The notes beneath the pieces are model-generated. The model saw only the letters and a list, made by a program, of their open reading frames with translations. It did no database searches and was not told where the DNA came from. The translations under genes were made by a program, and so were the position numbers. From positions 104,160,001 through 104,224,000 of the forward strand of contig OX597817.1 of NCBI GenBank assembly GCA_951406725.2: a DNA stretch of 64,000 nt, written 5' to 3'. Origin of the DNA: Octopus vulgaris. Its lineage: Eukaryota. This document shows positions 1-12,932 of this stretch, in pieces; position 1 is the stretch's first letter, and each line of letters opens with the position of its first letter.

Positions 1-267
1 CCAGCACTCATTTCCAAGCAAGGTAATATTTCTCCATCGTCAGACATGTTCTTGTGGAATATTGAAAACGAATGGCACTGCTAGTCTGTGAGTGACACTC
101 GCTTTTACAACTATCACACAATGTCTCCAATGATGAATGAGTACTCTTCATTAATTTAAAATTTAAATAAAATTTTTCAAGCAAATTATTTTAAAATGGC
201 AAAAAAATCTGCCATCTTCACAACCACCACTACAATTTGGCACCAGTGTCATTACAGATGTTTCTAC

Positions 268-555
268 TTAAAACAAATGCATATCCTACAATTTGTTTTG
301 ATTCATACCACTAGTGAATTTATAAAAAATTCACATTTATGTATATGAATCTCATCAGGGTAATATTTATTTAAAAAATAGACAAAAATTTAATGCAAGG
401 ACTTTGCGTGGAATTTTTGTCTATTTTTTAAACAAATATTACCCTGGTCTATTTTTTAGACAAATTGACGAAATTCATATACATAAATGTGAATTTTTTA
501 TAAATTCACTAGTGATATGAATTGAAACAAATTGTAGGATATATATTTGTTTTAA
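268..555. repeat. Long fold-back inverted repeat containing two opposed degenerate hammerhead motifs
   Basis: Arms ~268-390 and ~412-555 are reverse complements. Minus strand has CTGATGA at 358-352. Plus strand has TTGACGA (465-471), a stem AATTCATAT/ATATGAATT and GAAAC-AAATT-GTA (524-536). Confidence 0.75.
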
Positions 556-2373
556 TTATTTGTTGTATCATATCATATATTATATCTTGTTATAGTATAA
601 TTATATTATACTAGCTGGACCCTTGAAAACTTCACAGAAAACATAAAAAATGTAAGCATCTGTAAATTGTGTGCTGGAGCCATGAGAAATGTTTCTATAT
701 TGTGACAGTTACAGAATATAGAAAGACGTGTAAAACCGATAACTATATAATCCAACCAAAATATCTCAGTCTATTTAGCCTTAAAATACATCATACATAT
801 TCAAAGAACCTTCTTGGTTTAGTGGTACGGAATGTTCTTCTGGTATTCTTTTATTCTTTTATTTGTTCCAGTTAATTGACAGTGGCCGTGCTGGAGCACT
901 GCCCTTTAATCGAAGAAGTCAACCCCTGGACTTATTCCCTGTAAGCTTGGTGCTTATTCTATTAGTCTCTTCTGCCAAACAGCTAAGTTACGGAGGTGCA
1001 AGCATACCAACATCAGTTGTCAAGCAATGGTGGTGGTGGGGTCAAACACGAGGCTATAGTAGAAAAAACTCTAGAGTTGAATTTCGTGTAGCCACCTGTT
1101 GGCAACTTTTCTCTCCCACCCATTTTTTAGAGGGTATTACCCAATTTTCTGGGCTCTTTCACACCTGTACCCTGTTTGAAATTTGCATTAGTTTTTGTAT
1201 GAAAAAAACAGAAGGGTAGTGGGGTTTTGTTTGTTGTTTGTAGAGAAAACGTTAAACGTGCCTGAAAAAAACAAGGTCTTTCCCCCCAACTAAAAAGCAT
1301 GAAGAACTATGAAAGAAGGCGAATACATACCGGGGGTAGGAGAAAGAAGAATGAACTAACACTCAAACATTCTAGAACTCCCAGAATAAAAATGTAAACA
1401 CTTGAAAGACTTTCCCTCTATTCCTTACTAAATGTCTTTCCCACCTCTTCATTATTGAAAGTAAAGAAGCTGGAAAAGATCGAACGTATTTCAGTCTAAT
1501 TGTCATTGTAAATGACTGATGCTTTCCTTTTTCTGTCTCTATCGCTTCACTCCTTTTCTCTACGATTAAGAGAGTGAAGGTGCTTGGCTCAGTGGTTTAA
1601 GAGACTGAAGGTGTTTGGCTCAGTGTGTTCTTAAGCAAAGTACTCTACATCACCTTGCTACAGTCTACTCAGCTGTCAAAAACGAGTTGTAGCTATAACT
1701 CAAAGGAGCCAGCCTTATCCCATTCTGTGTGAGGCTGAATCTCCCTGAGAACTACGTTATATCTGTGGAGTACTCAGCCACTTACGCATTAATTTTATGA
1801 GCAGACTGTTCCATTGATCAGATAGACAGGAACCTCATCATCGCAAGTGACAGAGTGCCATTTTTTAAAAAAGAGTGAAAGAAAAGGAAATATTCCATAT
1901 CATAAGGCAAAAATGTCATGTTTAATATAAGCAGTGAAAGCTAAGATGAAATAATTGCTTTTCTGTCATGTATTCACCCTCGACTCACACTCAGTTTGAC
2001 AACAACAGCCTGTGCATTGTTGTTTATCTAGGGGCTTGGCCTCCAGATCTGTGAGACCCACAAATGCCACTGTTAGGATCAGATTAACACCCATAGTAAC
2101 CCTAATGATTAAAAATATTTTCCTGCCCCTATATAGGATCTTTTTTTTAATTTTCTTCCAACCACTTGAAGGTTTATCTTGCTCCTGTCCACTCAGCTGG
2201 CCAAAATGAGTTGTAGCTGTAACTGAAAGAGGTCAGCCTTGTCATATTCTGTGTGAGGCTGAATCTCTCTGAGAACTACATTAATGGTATGCATGTCTGT
2301 GGAGTACTCAGCCACTTGCAAGTTAATTTTATTCTTGTGTGGTAGTGAAAAGTGAAAGTGACATCCAATATTT

Positions 2374-2650
2374 CATCATCATCGTTTAACATCCGCTTTC
2401 CACACTAGCATGGGTTGGACGATTTTGACTGAGGGCTGGTGAACCAGATGGCTGCACCAGGCTCCAATCTTGATTTGGTAGAGTTTCTACAGCTGGATGC
2501 CCTTCCTAACGCCAACCACTTCGAGGGTGTAGTGAGTGCTTTTTACGTGCCACCGACATGGGGGCCAGTCAGACAGTACTGGCAATGACCTCGCTCAAAT
2601 CTTTTTACACATGCCCCTAGCACAGGTGCTAGTAAGGCGACTTAACAATG
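2374..2650 (-). mobile_element. RTE-clade LINE 3' end fragment
   Basis: (CAT)n tail plus gtttaacatccgctttcc...ggatgcccttcctaacgccaacc, shared with the RT-bearing copy at 8655-9985. Confidence 0.6.
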
Positions 2651-3387
2651 TCTATGTATCAACTTTTCTTTTGATTTATGTATCTATTGTTTCTCTCACT
2701 TTCTCTTTTTCTCTCTCACAAGGTTTTGGTTGGCTTGAGGCTATAGTAGAAGTCACTTGCTCAAAGTGTCATGCAGTTGGACTGAACCCAGAACCATGTG
2801 ATTGGGAAGCAAGCTTCTTACTACACCATATGCATACATATTATATATGTAATTATTAGATTATCTAAATTATATCAGATTATTATTTGCAATAAAAACT
2901 AAGTATGTATACATATTCGCAACTACATGCAAAGAAAGTTATCCAGCTGAATGGGAAAAATTCATTCACCAAAACACTAAAACCATGAACTCACAGAAGT
3001 ACTGATTCTTTTCCGTCTTTGTTACTGTCACTATGATGGTTTCCACACCTCTAAACTTGTTGGCGGCATACCACTTTCACTTGAGTTCAGCCAGTACATA
3101 GACATTTCTTCCTTTCATCCCATCCTATTTCAACACACAGCTGATTGCTACACACTTCATCAATTCTCCTAACCCAAAATTACATGCTCCAAAAGAATAT
3201 TTCCCTACCCATGTTTTCACTAAAGGAATCAAGGAATCCACCTACAGATATTCAAGGTCAGCATAACTTTATTGACCTCACCGATCTGAAGAGGCTTCCA
3301 AGCGGCACTAACAATTTGCCCCTACAACTAAATGATAAACTTAGAAAGATACATGTTGCATAAAATATAAACATACATGCATATGTA

Positions 3388-3393
<6 letters not shown>

Positions 3394-3440
<47 letters not shown>

Positions 3441-3473
3441 ATCATAAATTATATATTATATAGATACATACAA

Positions 3474-3528
<55 letters not shown>

Positions 3529-3685
3529 GGATATGGTATTGTTATGCAGATTACTGTTGAAGTATGAAACTATGCCAACATATGTCTTTCTACTTAACAG
3601 TTTTTAACTATTATTTGTTGTTGTTGCTGCTGCTGCTGCACTACTACTACTGCTGCTGCTACTACTGCTACTACTACTACTACTG

Positions 3686-3716
<31 letters not shown>

Positions 3717-3750
3717 AACTACTTGTTGTTGTTGATGATGATGATGATGA
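3394..3750. repeat. Microsatellite block (TA)n, (CA)n, (CTG/CTA)n, (GAT)n
   Basis: Directly visible tandem repeats. They explain the low-complexity ORFs at 3564-3791. Confidence 0.9.
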
Positions 3751-3969
3751 TATTGTTGTACATGATGTAACATTGCTGGACTTTCAAACAACTGTAGGCC
3801 TAAACATGCAGTGTATTTGCAGTGTGAGCCTGGTTTTTAGTTTAATTTGATAAACTTAGATACATATGTTTCTATATAACAGTAGTTTTGCATTTTATGC
3901 TATTTTTGCAAAAGAAAAATATCTGGTCAGGTAATAATTTTCTCCATCACTTTGAAAACATATTGTTTT

Positions 3970-4340
3970 TTTACTTGTCTCAGTGTTTAGATTGCAGCCA
4001 TACCGGGGCACCACCTTCAAGAATTTTAGTCAAATGAATCAACCCCAGTACTTCTTTTTATTTTTTTTTAAGCCTGGTACTTATTCTATTGGTCTCTTTT
4101 ACCAAACTGCTAAGATACAGGGATGTAAACATACCAACACTGTTTATCAAGCAGTGGTGGGGAAAACACACACACACACATTTACAAGAGGCTTCTGTCA
4201 GTTTCCATCTACCAAATCCAGGCTTTTTGGGCCTGAGGTAATCGCAGAAGACACTTGTCTAAAGTGATACACAGTGGGATTGAACCCAGAACCATGTGGT
4301 TGGGAAGCTAGTATTTTATCACACAACTACTCCTGCACTT
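3970..4340 (-). mobile_element. Degraded tRNA-derived SINE (same family as 21037-21439)
   Basis: Matches the family body (cagtttccatctaccaaatcc...agaagacacttg...gaacccagaaccatgtggttggg). Confidence 0.7.
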
Positions 4341-4419
4341 GGAAAAAATTTGGTGAAAAGTCTTTGAAAAAGGGAAGGAAAAATATGAAGAAATATTGAG
4401 AAGAAGAAAGTTAACTCAC

Positions 4420-4545
4420 CTGCAAAGGGTGGTCCTATTAATGTAGCAATACCTTGAATCAAGAGAGTCAATCCAAAGGAATTTGTCAAGTTCTCCAGAC
4501 CAAGTAAATCAACAAGAACAACAGATGTAATTGAAATAAATACAC
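4420..4545 (-). CDS. SLC16/MCT transporter, coding exon 4 (126 bp); terminal exon probably outside the window
   Basis: Boundaries ttcttcttttag|GT GTA TTT ... TTT GCA G|gtgagt. Translates GVFISITSVVLVDLLGLENLTNSFGLTLLIQGIATLIGPPFAG, with the MCT GPP motif. Phase 1-1. Confidence 0.93.
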
Positions 4546-5696
4546 CTAAAAGAAGAAAATATAAAAAATATTAAGCACACAAAGAAAAACTGAAATCTAG
4601 GAAAGAATTTTAAATCCATTAAATGAAACAAAGTTGCTTCTAGTATAGTCAAAAGGTCTGGAATTTGGGGGATGGGGCTAGTCAGTGACATCAAACCCCC
4701 ACTATTTCACTGGTACTTTATTTTATCAACCCTAGTAAAGATGACTCTGGTGGGATTTGAACTCAGAACATAACCAGATTAAATACCAGAAGGTATTTCA
4801 TCTGACACCCTAACATACAAACTAATTCTGATATTTTGAGTTGTAACAGTTAATCCTTTTACCACGGAAATCAGATATATTCTCTCAAAATTTCATTGCC
4901 CTTAACTGCAGAAAGCAGTTTTACATACCAGTCTGTCTTTTGCTGAGGAATGTAATGTTTGAAACTATTTTTTATTGAGAATATCAAGTTTATAGCAGTA
5001 ATGTGATTTGTAGAAAATACCAATTTTATTTTGGGGTAGATATTTAACATCATTACTGGAATAACTATGAAATTTAATTTTGTTATTGTAAGATTAAACT
5101 CTTGATTGGGAAGCAAAATAAGAGTTGTTACTTCAATTTTCAGTTTTCTTGAATTATTTATTATAATATCTATTTATAGATATAACCTATACAATTTAAA
5201 TCATAGTTTTTCCTTTAGAATTTCAAATTTTATGATTCAGAATCAAAACAGAATTCTTTTATTCTATTAAATGGCAATTTTTATGCATTATTAGATCTTG
5301 GATGTATTATTAGAACATCTTATACTGCAGTATTCACCTTGAGAGATTTCTTCATATAGACATACAATATTAAGAGCACAGACTATATCACTGTAGATGA
5401 GATTCGTCAGACATGAGTGCCAAAACTGTCAGATCATGGGATTTCAGCATACATGCACTTCATCAGTAGCATTTTAATAACATATCCATGATATAAAGAT
5501 TATTTTCAGTTAAATGTTTTTGTTAATTACATAGACCCAAGGAATTTGTGGTTCTTATTTTAAGAATCTTGTCAGAAATGAATGGCAAATCAACATTGAC
5601 AGATAGCAAAGTGACACAGATGGACCTAAAGATTGCAAAGCATTTTTGTTTAACATACTAATTTGTTCACAGTACACAGACACAGACACAGACACA

Positions 5697-5734
<38 letters not shown>

Positions 5735-6424
5735 TACACATGCACACACACTCACATGGATGCATGCAAATACATAGACACACACACACATAAAACAAAA
5801 CAAAACTTGACAGCTTCTCTGTAAGATATTTAGTTACACCATTTCATTAACATAAGGTGATTATTAGTTACATAATGTAAATTATATAATCATGCCTTCA
5901 TGTCAAATCAGCAGACACACGTAACTTTTGTACTGTTTTGCAATTTGACTACCTATTTGCCTAGAGTTATTACGATAAAAATGGAAAGATATAAGAAATT
6001 TATGTTTACTGGTTATCATGGACTTGTGTCTCCAGTTGAGTTATTTTTTTGATTTGCTGGAAGCATTTTAAAACTTTTTCTTGTACAAGACCTACAATCA
6101 TTTTTTATTTCTTGTGTACACGGAAAGCTGTGCCCCTCATAATAATCAAAGGGGGTTGCAGTCTGGGGAGTTAGGTGTGAATTACTTTCACACCTGATGT
6201 GTGGTACACTGTGCACCAGTTCAAGTAACATTGATTTGATGGTGAGAGTTGGTTAATGCACAGCATATACGTTTGATCACTGTAAACAAATCATTTGTGC
6301 AAGTTGTTTACCATAAGCTGAATACTCATTCATCATTTTTGCAGGACAGTCCATCATATATAGATAGACAGATAGATATAGATTTATACACACACACACA
6401 CATATATATACACACACATACATA

Positions 6425-6830
6425 CATGCTCTTAACACCCTACTAGTACGGGGCTCAAGTGCCAATAAGGCGACGCTGGTAATGATCACACTCAAATGGT
6501 GCCTTTTGTGTGCCACTAGCACGGAAGCTGGTTAGCTGCTCTGTCAACAATCACACTCATATGGTGTTCTTTACACCCTGCTAGCACGGATGCCAGTCAT
6601 TGAATTTGATTTTTATTTCAATTTCACTTGCTTCAACAGGTCTTCGCAAGCAGAGTTTTAGTGCCCAAAGGCCATTAGATTATGGTCTCATTTGGCTTGT
6701 GGGTCTTCTCATGCACAGCATATTTTCAAAAGTCTCGGTCACTAGTCATTTCCTTGGTGAGGCCTAATGTTCGAAGGTCGTGCTTCACTACGTCATCCCA
6801 GGTTTTCCTGGGTCTACCTCTTCCTTGGCT
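6425..6830 (-). mobile_element. RTE LINE 3' region fragment
   Basis: Shares ttctc...gcacagcatat...ggtcactagtcatt...gaggcctaatgttcgaagg with 9190-9270 and the inverse of 12110-12250. Confidence 0.6.
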
Positions 6831-6854
6831 AGTGGACTATAAATTATGATGATG

Positions 6855-6891
<37 letters not shown>

Positions 6892-6953
6892 TACATATAT
6901 AATATATATAAACACATACACAAGTATGCATACATATATACATGCATACATGC

Positions 6954-6988
<35 letters not shown>

Positions 6989-6991
<3 letters not shown>

Positions 6992-8597
6992 GAAGAGTTC
7001 ACGAAAAAAACAAAAGACGAAGACAGGTGGTGTAGAAAACAAACAGATGTATTAGTATAACGCTCAGGAATTGAAAAAGTCTTTTGTTTCGAGCCTACGC
7101 TCTTCTACAGAAAGGGACTCAGAAAAAAACAAGGAGAGAAAAAAGATGTGTGTAGTGGCTACCAATCTATCATGGCGACTGACGGACAGAAGGGTCACAT
7201 AGGAGAGCGAAGTAGGGGAGATAACAAAGTAAAGATGACCCCCCACAATGAAGGTGCCTGCGTGTATAAGAGAGTACGTGTGTGCATGTGAAAGAGGGCT
7301 GGTGGTCCTGATGTATGCGTGTGTGTATGTGTAGGTGTGAAAATGTGGGGATGGGAATTGGTCAGTGCTGGTGTGTGGGTGGTGTGTTGTGATATGATGT
7401 GTAGTGTGGTGTGGTGTGATGTTGTTGGGAGGTGGGAGAGGCGAGAGTAGGGAAAGCACAGGTGGGGTGTGGGTTAGGCTGAGGGTTGGGGTGGAGTTGG
7501 GGTATGTGAGTAGGCAGAGGGTGGGGGTAGAGGTGTGGGTTGTGGGTATGTAGAGGGTGGGGGTAGAGGTGGGATAGGGTGTAAGGGATGGGATGGGATG
7601 GGAAGGATAGGGAAGGTGGAGTAGGAATGTGTAGGGGTGGGGTGGGCTTATGGGGGAGGGTTGACGATGAAGGGGGAAGGGGAAGATGGGTATGTAGAAA
7701 GAGAGTAAGAGAGAAAGAGAGAGTGGGAGAGTAAGAGAGAAGAGAGATAGAGAGAAAGAGAGGGAGAGAAGAGAGAAAGAGAGGGAGAGTAGGAGAGAGT
7801 AAGAGAGAAGAAAGAGAGTAGGGGAGAAGAGAAGTAGGAGTCGGAGTAAGAGAGGGGAGGTGGGTGGGAGGAAGTAGGAGGGAGGGGGAGAGAGGCAAAG
7901 GGAGGAGGTTAGATGAAGAGGGGAGGGGAGTTGAGCCCAAAGGCAAAGAGAGAAGATTAATCCCTGTTCAGGGCGCAAACGGGAGTCAGGATGGCCTCTG
8001 TGCAAGGACAATCCAAACACGGACAGGTGTTGCAAAGAGTGACCGGTGGAGCGGAAATGGCATGAGACCGAGGTGTCATTGCCAAGGCGGATGTCTCGGA
8101 GGTATTCTGCGAACCAGTCAGCCAAGCGGCGTCCCGTTTGTCCAATGTACAGAGAATGGCAGAGACAGCAGGAGATGCAATAGATGATATTGGTAGAGGT
8201 GCAGGTGAAGGAGTCGGTGATATGATAGGGTCGATGATGGGTGCCGGTGAGGAGGGTGGTGTTGTAGAGGTAAGGGCAGCGTGGGCGGGAGCAGGGGAAT
8301 GAGCCAGGTTGGGAGGTAGGGTTGGGGAAGAAGCTGTGGACCAAGAGGTCTCATAGGTTGTGGGCTCGTTTGAAGGAGGGTAGGGGTTGGTTAGGGAAGA
8401 CGTGTGAAGTGACGGGTTGGACTGGAGATGCCAGAAAGCTCGGAGAATGGTGCGTTGGAGAGGTAGGGTGGTGGGGTGGTAGGTGAGGGGAAAAGGGAGG
8501 TGGGAGACTGCAGGGCGAGTTTGGGGAAGAGAGCAGATGCACAGTCCATGGAACGTGCTCTGGCAAGGGCGCTGTGAATAGTGGTGAGGGAATATCC
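6989..8597 (-). mobile_element. Penelope-like retroelement, 5'-truncated (RT C-terminus, linker, GIY-YIG endonuclease, pyrimidine-rich 3' UTR, terminal pLTR)
   Basis: Frameshifted translation GYSLTTIHSALARARSMD / FPLTYHPT / PLPSFKRAHNL / CSRPRC..FTCTSTNIIYCISCCLCHSLYIGQTGRRLADWFAEYLRDI..HFRSTGH is a PLE GIY-YIG domain. The 3' end abuts (TA)n, with an HHR-like TAGAAGA-GCGTAGGCTC-GAAAC at 7107-7086. Confidence 0.9.
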
Positions 8598-8654
8598 TAT
8601 ATATGCATACATACATACATCATACCTACATACAAACATACATACATACATACA

Positions 8655-9985
8655 TCATCATCATCGTCATCATTTAACATCTGCTTTCCATGCTGGCATG
8701 GGTTGGACGGTTTGAAGGCTGACAAGCCAGAAGGTTGCACTAGGCTGATCTGGCAAAGTTTCTACACCTGGATGCCCTTCCTAATACCAACGACTCTGAG
8801 AGTTCGGTGGGTGCTTTTTACGTGCCACCAGCATGAGGGCCAGTTGGGAAGCACTGTCATCGACCACACTCAAATGGTGCATTTTATGTGCCACCAGCAT
8901 GGGAGCCAGTCAGCTGGAATTGGCAACGATCATACATGAATGGTGCTTTTCACATGCCACCGGCACAGGACCAGTCAGGAGGCACTGGCATTGACCACAC
9001 TCGAATGGTGCTTTTTATGTGCCACATAACTGGGTACCAATCAGGTGGTACTATAATCGACCACAACAATGACTTCACTTGACTCAACAGGTCTTTGCAA
9101 GTGCAGTTTATTGCCCAATGATTGAATGGTACTCTGAAATGGGCCAGTTATGCTGCGCTAGCATAGGCCACAGTTATGATCTCATTTGGCTTGCCAGGTC
9201 TTCTCAAGCACAGCACATCTCCAAAGGTCTTGGTCAATTGTCATCGCCTCCATGAGGCCTAATGTTTGAAAGTTGTGGCCCATGTTTCACAGCAGTCATG
9301 GCCCATGTTTCACTGCCATGTAACATAGCTGTTCACACACATGCATCATACAGTCTACCTTTTATTCTTGAGTGAGAGGCCCTTTGCCACCAAAAGAAGT
9401 AGGTGCTACTGAACTTTGCTCAGGCTATTCTTATTCTAGCAGCTACACTCTCAGAGCACCCCCCCCCCTACTACAGAGTTGGTTGCCTAAGTAACGGAAG
9501 CTATCAACTACTTCTAGTTTTTCCTCCTAGCATGTCAAGGAAGCTGTTTTCTACACATTTTCAGTGTTTATTGCCCCTGAGCATTTGCTCTGTCAAAGGC
9601 TTTCTCCGTGTCAACGAAAACCAGGTATAGAGGTTTATCTTTGGTTAGGTATTTCTCCTGCAGCTGTCTTACCAGAAGTATAGCATCAGTGGTGCTTTTC
9701 TCTGGCACAAACCCAAACTGCATCTCATCCAAACTGACTCTTTCTCTAATTAGTTTGGCTATGACCCTCCCTGTGACTTTCATTACCTGATCCAACAATT
9801 TGATACCTCTGTAATTATTCGTATCAAATGCATCACCTTTACCTTTGTAGCAGTTGACTATGGTACTGCTACACCAGTCATTGGTATGACTCCTTCATGT
9901 ATCACCTGATTGACTATACAGGTGACTAGACTATAGCTGACACCACCAGATATTTTAAACATCTTTGCAGTGATTCCTGATGGTA
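8655..9985 (-). mobile_element. RTE-clade LINE, truncated and internally deleted
   Basis: RT motif QFGFVPEKSTTDAILLVRQLQEKYLTKDKPLYLVFVDTEKAFDR (9568-9798) and a (GAT)n 3' tail at 8655. Confidence 0.9.
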
Positions 9986-10044
9986 TCTTAGTAGATAAAG
10001 GAATTAAGGGGGCTAAACATAGAGGTGACAAACACTGACAGACA

Positions 10045-10180
10045 AAGGGATTAAGTCAATTACATCGACCCTGAAAAGATGAAAGGCAAAGTTGACCTCG
10101 GCGGAATTTGAACTCAGAACGTAATGGCAGACAAAATACCGCAAAGCATTTCGCTAACGATTCTACCAGCTCGCCGCCCT
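10045..10180 (-). mobile_element. SINE fragment (second tRNA-derived family)
   Basis: aagtcaattacatcgacc...gaaaggcaaagttgacctcggcggaatttgaactcag; relatives at ~4680-4810, 20410-20560, 49760-49870, 58340-58740 and 59750-59950. Confidence 0.65.
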
Positions 10181-11224
10181 ATAAGAAATATAGAGAAACT
10201 AATGGGTACAATAGATGTGTACAATTAATGCCAAGACCACCGGCTGGTTAATCCTATGAGAAAAGTAACCTTAAGATAAACATTTAACTAAGTGAGCGAA
10301 AAAGCAAAAATAAAAATATATATAAAAATAAAATGCCCAAAGGTAAGATAGAAAAATACTAATTAAATCTAATCAGTAAAGTAATAAACGAAAAAGCAAT
10401 AATTCGTAGCGGGTGTAAGGAATATTAGTGGGTATAGTGTGCAATAGAGTAAAGGAAAGACTATGAAATAAATAATAAAATAGAATGAAATGAGAAGGAA
10501 GAAGGAGTCAAGCATGATGGGTGGGTTATAGTAATACAAATATAAGTAGGGCTAATAATGTGGTAGAAAGCCAGAGATCATTAGTGTTCTCATATCACCA
10601 ATAATAGAAATAAAAGGCAAAATACAAAATACAAAGTGGGGATTCTTGGTATTAATTTCCTGTGAGTAAATTTTTTATTTAGTAAACTAAGTTAATTTTT
10701 AAATTTTACTTAAGTTTACTCCATTTAACATAGGTTTCACTTTCAGAATTATATTAGTATCTTATTTACACAGAGCTTCTGGATAACTTCTTCCTTTAAC
10801 ACCCTGACTCGCCCCTCCTAACTGCACCCTCCCGTATTCCCTAATCCTTTAATAGCTCATTCTCTCATCTATGTTCTTTGAGTTTGGATGGTAATTAATT
10901 ATGTGCACTTAACATATTGGGCCTTTAGACTATTTGTCTAAACCATGTTTTCTTACCTATTCCTTCTCCATTTTGTTTATATTGTATGCTTTGTTTTTCA
11001 CTCTGATGAAGATTGGTTGCCTTAATTCGAGTGCCCTATGAAAATGCAGAATTTTATTCTCACATTTATGTATAGACTGCATTCTGGGAATTTGATCAGA
11101 AACAGCTGTTAGCTTTGTTATGTCTTGCTTTGTATCAATAAACAAGCTTTAAATGTGGTTCTATTGATGTACTGTTTAATCTATATTTTTCTCCCTTTTC
11201 TAATTATTCGCTTTATATATATGT

Positions 11225-12070
11225 CATCATCATCATCATTTAATGCTTGTTATCCATGCTGCATGTTTTGGATAGTTTGACCAGAGCTTGCAAGCTGGAG
11301 AGCTGTACCAAGCTCCAATCTGACTGGGCATAGTTTCTATTGCTGGATGCCCTTCCTAATGCAGACCACTTTACAGAGTGTGCTGGGTGTTTTTACATGG
11401 CACCGCATGAGTGTTTTTTTATGCGGCACTAGTACATGACTCTTGCAAGCCAATCATCTTCACCAGGAGGAGCAGCCTTATTGCTTCTGCTGTGGGATAC
11501 AGGTGTTTTTGAGTACAGTAAGGCTCTAGGCATCTCAGTCTTTTGTCATCTCATTTGAAAGGTTCAGTGTCCTGTGGTCATTCTTCAGTACTTCACCTCA
11601 TGTCTTCCATGAGTTCCATCCACTTTGGGCGAATGGCATTTCTTTATGGAGCTGTCAGCATCCGTCCTCATCACATGCCCAAACCAGTCTTCTCTCTTAC
11701 ACACTGCATCTAATTCCACTTATGCCTAACTTCTTTCTCAATACACTAGCACTCTGTTGTACATGTACACTGACATTACCCATCCAGTGGAGCATATTAG
11801 CCTCATTCCTCTCTAATGTTCCCATGTCTTCTGCATTCAAGACCCATGTCTCACTATCATGTCAAATTGCTGTCCATATACTTGCATCAGACAATCTGCC
11901 TTTCAGATGGAGGGAGAAATGTTTCATAGCCAAGAATTTCCTCCATCCTGATTGTATTGTAGCTATCAAATTCTCTGTGCATCCTCTCCCACAACTAATT
12001 TGGGTCCCCTAGGTAGCAGAAATTATCTACTACCTCTAATGAACCATTAGAACATTTGAGAAAATCACTA
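11225..12070 (-). mobile_element. RTE LINE 3' fragment
   Basis: (GAT)n tail and C-terminal remnants (LEVVDNFCYLGD; WFGHVMR). Confidence 0.75.
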
Positions 12071-12104
12071 TGTAAACATGCACACACAAGCAAATATATA
12101 TACC

Positions 12105-12695
12105 TCTGTGGAAGAGGTAGATCCAGGAAGACATGGGATGAGGTGGTGAAGCATGATCTTTGAACTTTGGGCCTCACAGTGGCACTGACAAGATATCAAG
12201 ACCTTTGGAGATATGCTGTGCTTGAGAAGACTCAGCTAGCCAAGTGAGATTATAGTCATAACCAATGCCAGTATTACATAACTGGTCTGTTTAAAAGCAC
12301 CCTTCAATCGTTGGGTGATATGGCATGCTCATGAAGACCTGTTGAACCAAGTGAAATCATAGTTATGGATGATGCCAGTGCCACCTGACTGGCACCCATG
12401 CATAAAAAGCACCATTCGAGCATGGCTGATGCCAGAGCTGCCTGAATGGCACATAAAAAGTACAATTCAAGCCTGGCCAATGCCAGTGCCACCTGACTAG
12501 CTCTTGTGCCAGTGACAAGTAAAAAGCACCCACTACACTCTTGGAGGGGTTGACATTACGAAGGGAATCAAGCTGTAGAAACCTTGCCAAATCAGATTGG
12601 AGCCTAGTGCAGCCTCCCGACTTGCCAGTTCTCAGTGAAACCATCTTAACCAGGGCAGCATGGAAAGTGGACATTAAATGATGACGACAATGATG
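12105..12695 (+). mobile_element. RTE LINE 3' end, inverted relative to 11225-12070
   Basis: RGRSRKTWDEVVKHDL coding remnant, 3' UTR repeats and an end ...ggacattaaatgatgacg. Confidence 0.75.
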
Positions 12696-12932
12696 ATGGT
12701 ATAATAAAATTGTTAAAATATTTTGTATGTTGTAGATGTATAACTAGTTTATTGCACATAAATTTTAGCAACAAAATCTTATGTGGACCCCCAAAGGTTA
12801 TATGAGACCCCAGTTGAGAACCACTGATCTATGCTTAATTATGAAATGCTGATCCTTAATTTAATTATAAAACTCATGAAGTAGTTATGCTGAAAACGAT
12901 ATAACAAAGAATAAAAATTGATGGCTCCTTAC

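Noticed and set aside
22-48. Minus-strand CTGACGA-TGGA-GAAA hammerhead-like core
   Set aside because: No credible stem I or stem II; likely chance.
760-830. Candidate terminal MCT exon (GSLNMYDVF)
   Set aside because: Immediate stop, poor acceptor and no TM12 helix. No convincing last exon was found in 1-4400.
1087-1492. Possible solo LTR (TG...CA, AATAAA); similar hints at ~49928-50290 and 62482-62590
   Set aside because: No target-site duplication, partner LTR, PBS or PPT could be confirmed.
5432-5470. Minus-strand CTGATGA...GAAA motif
   Set aside because: Stem II is plausible but stem I does not pair; insufficient support.
7064-7946. Long P/S/L/T/H-rich ORFs
   Set aside because: Read-through of a low-complexity pyrimidine tract; only the GIY-YIG part (~7930-8344) is real coding remnant.
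10957-11145. Possible second GIY-YIG C-terminal remnant
   Set aside because: Similarity too weak to support by eye.
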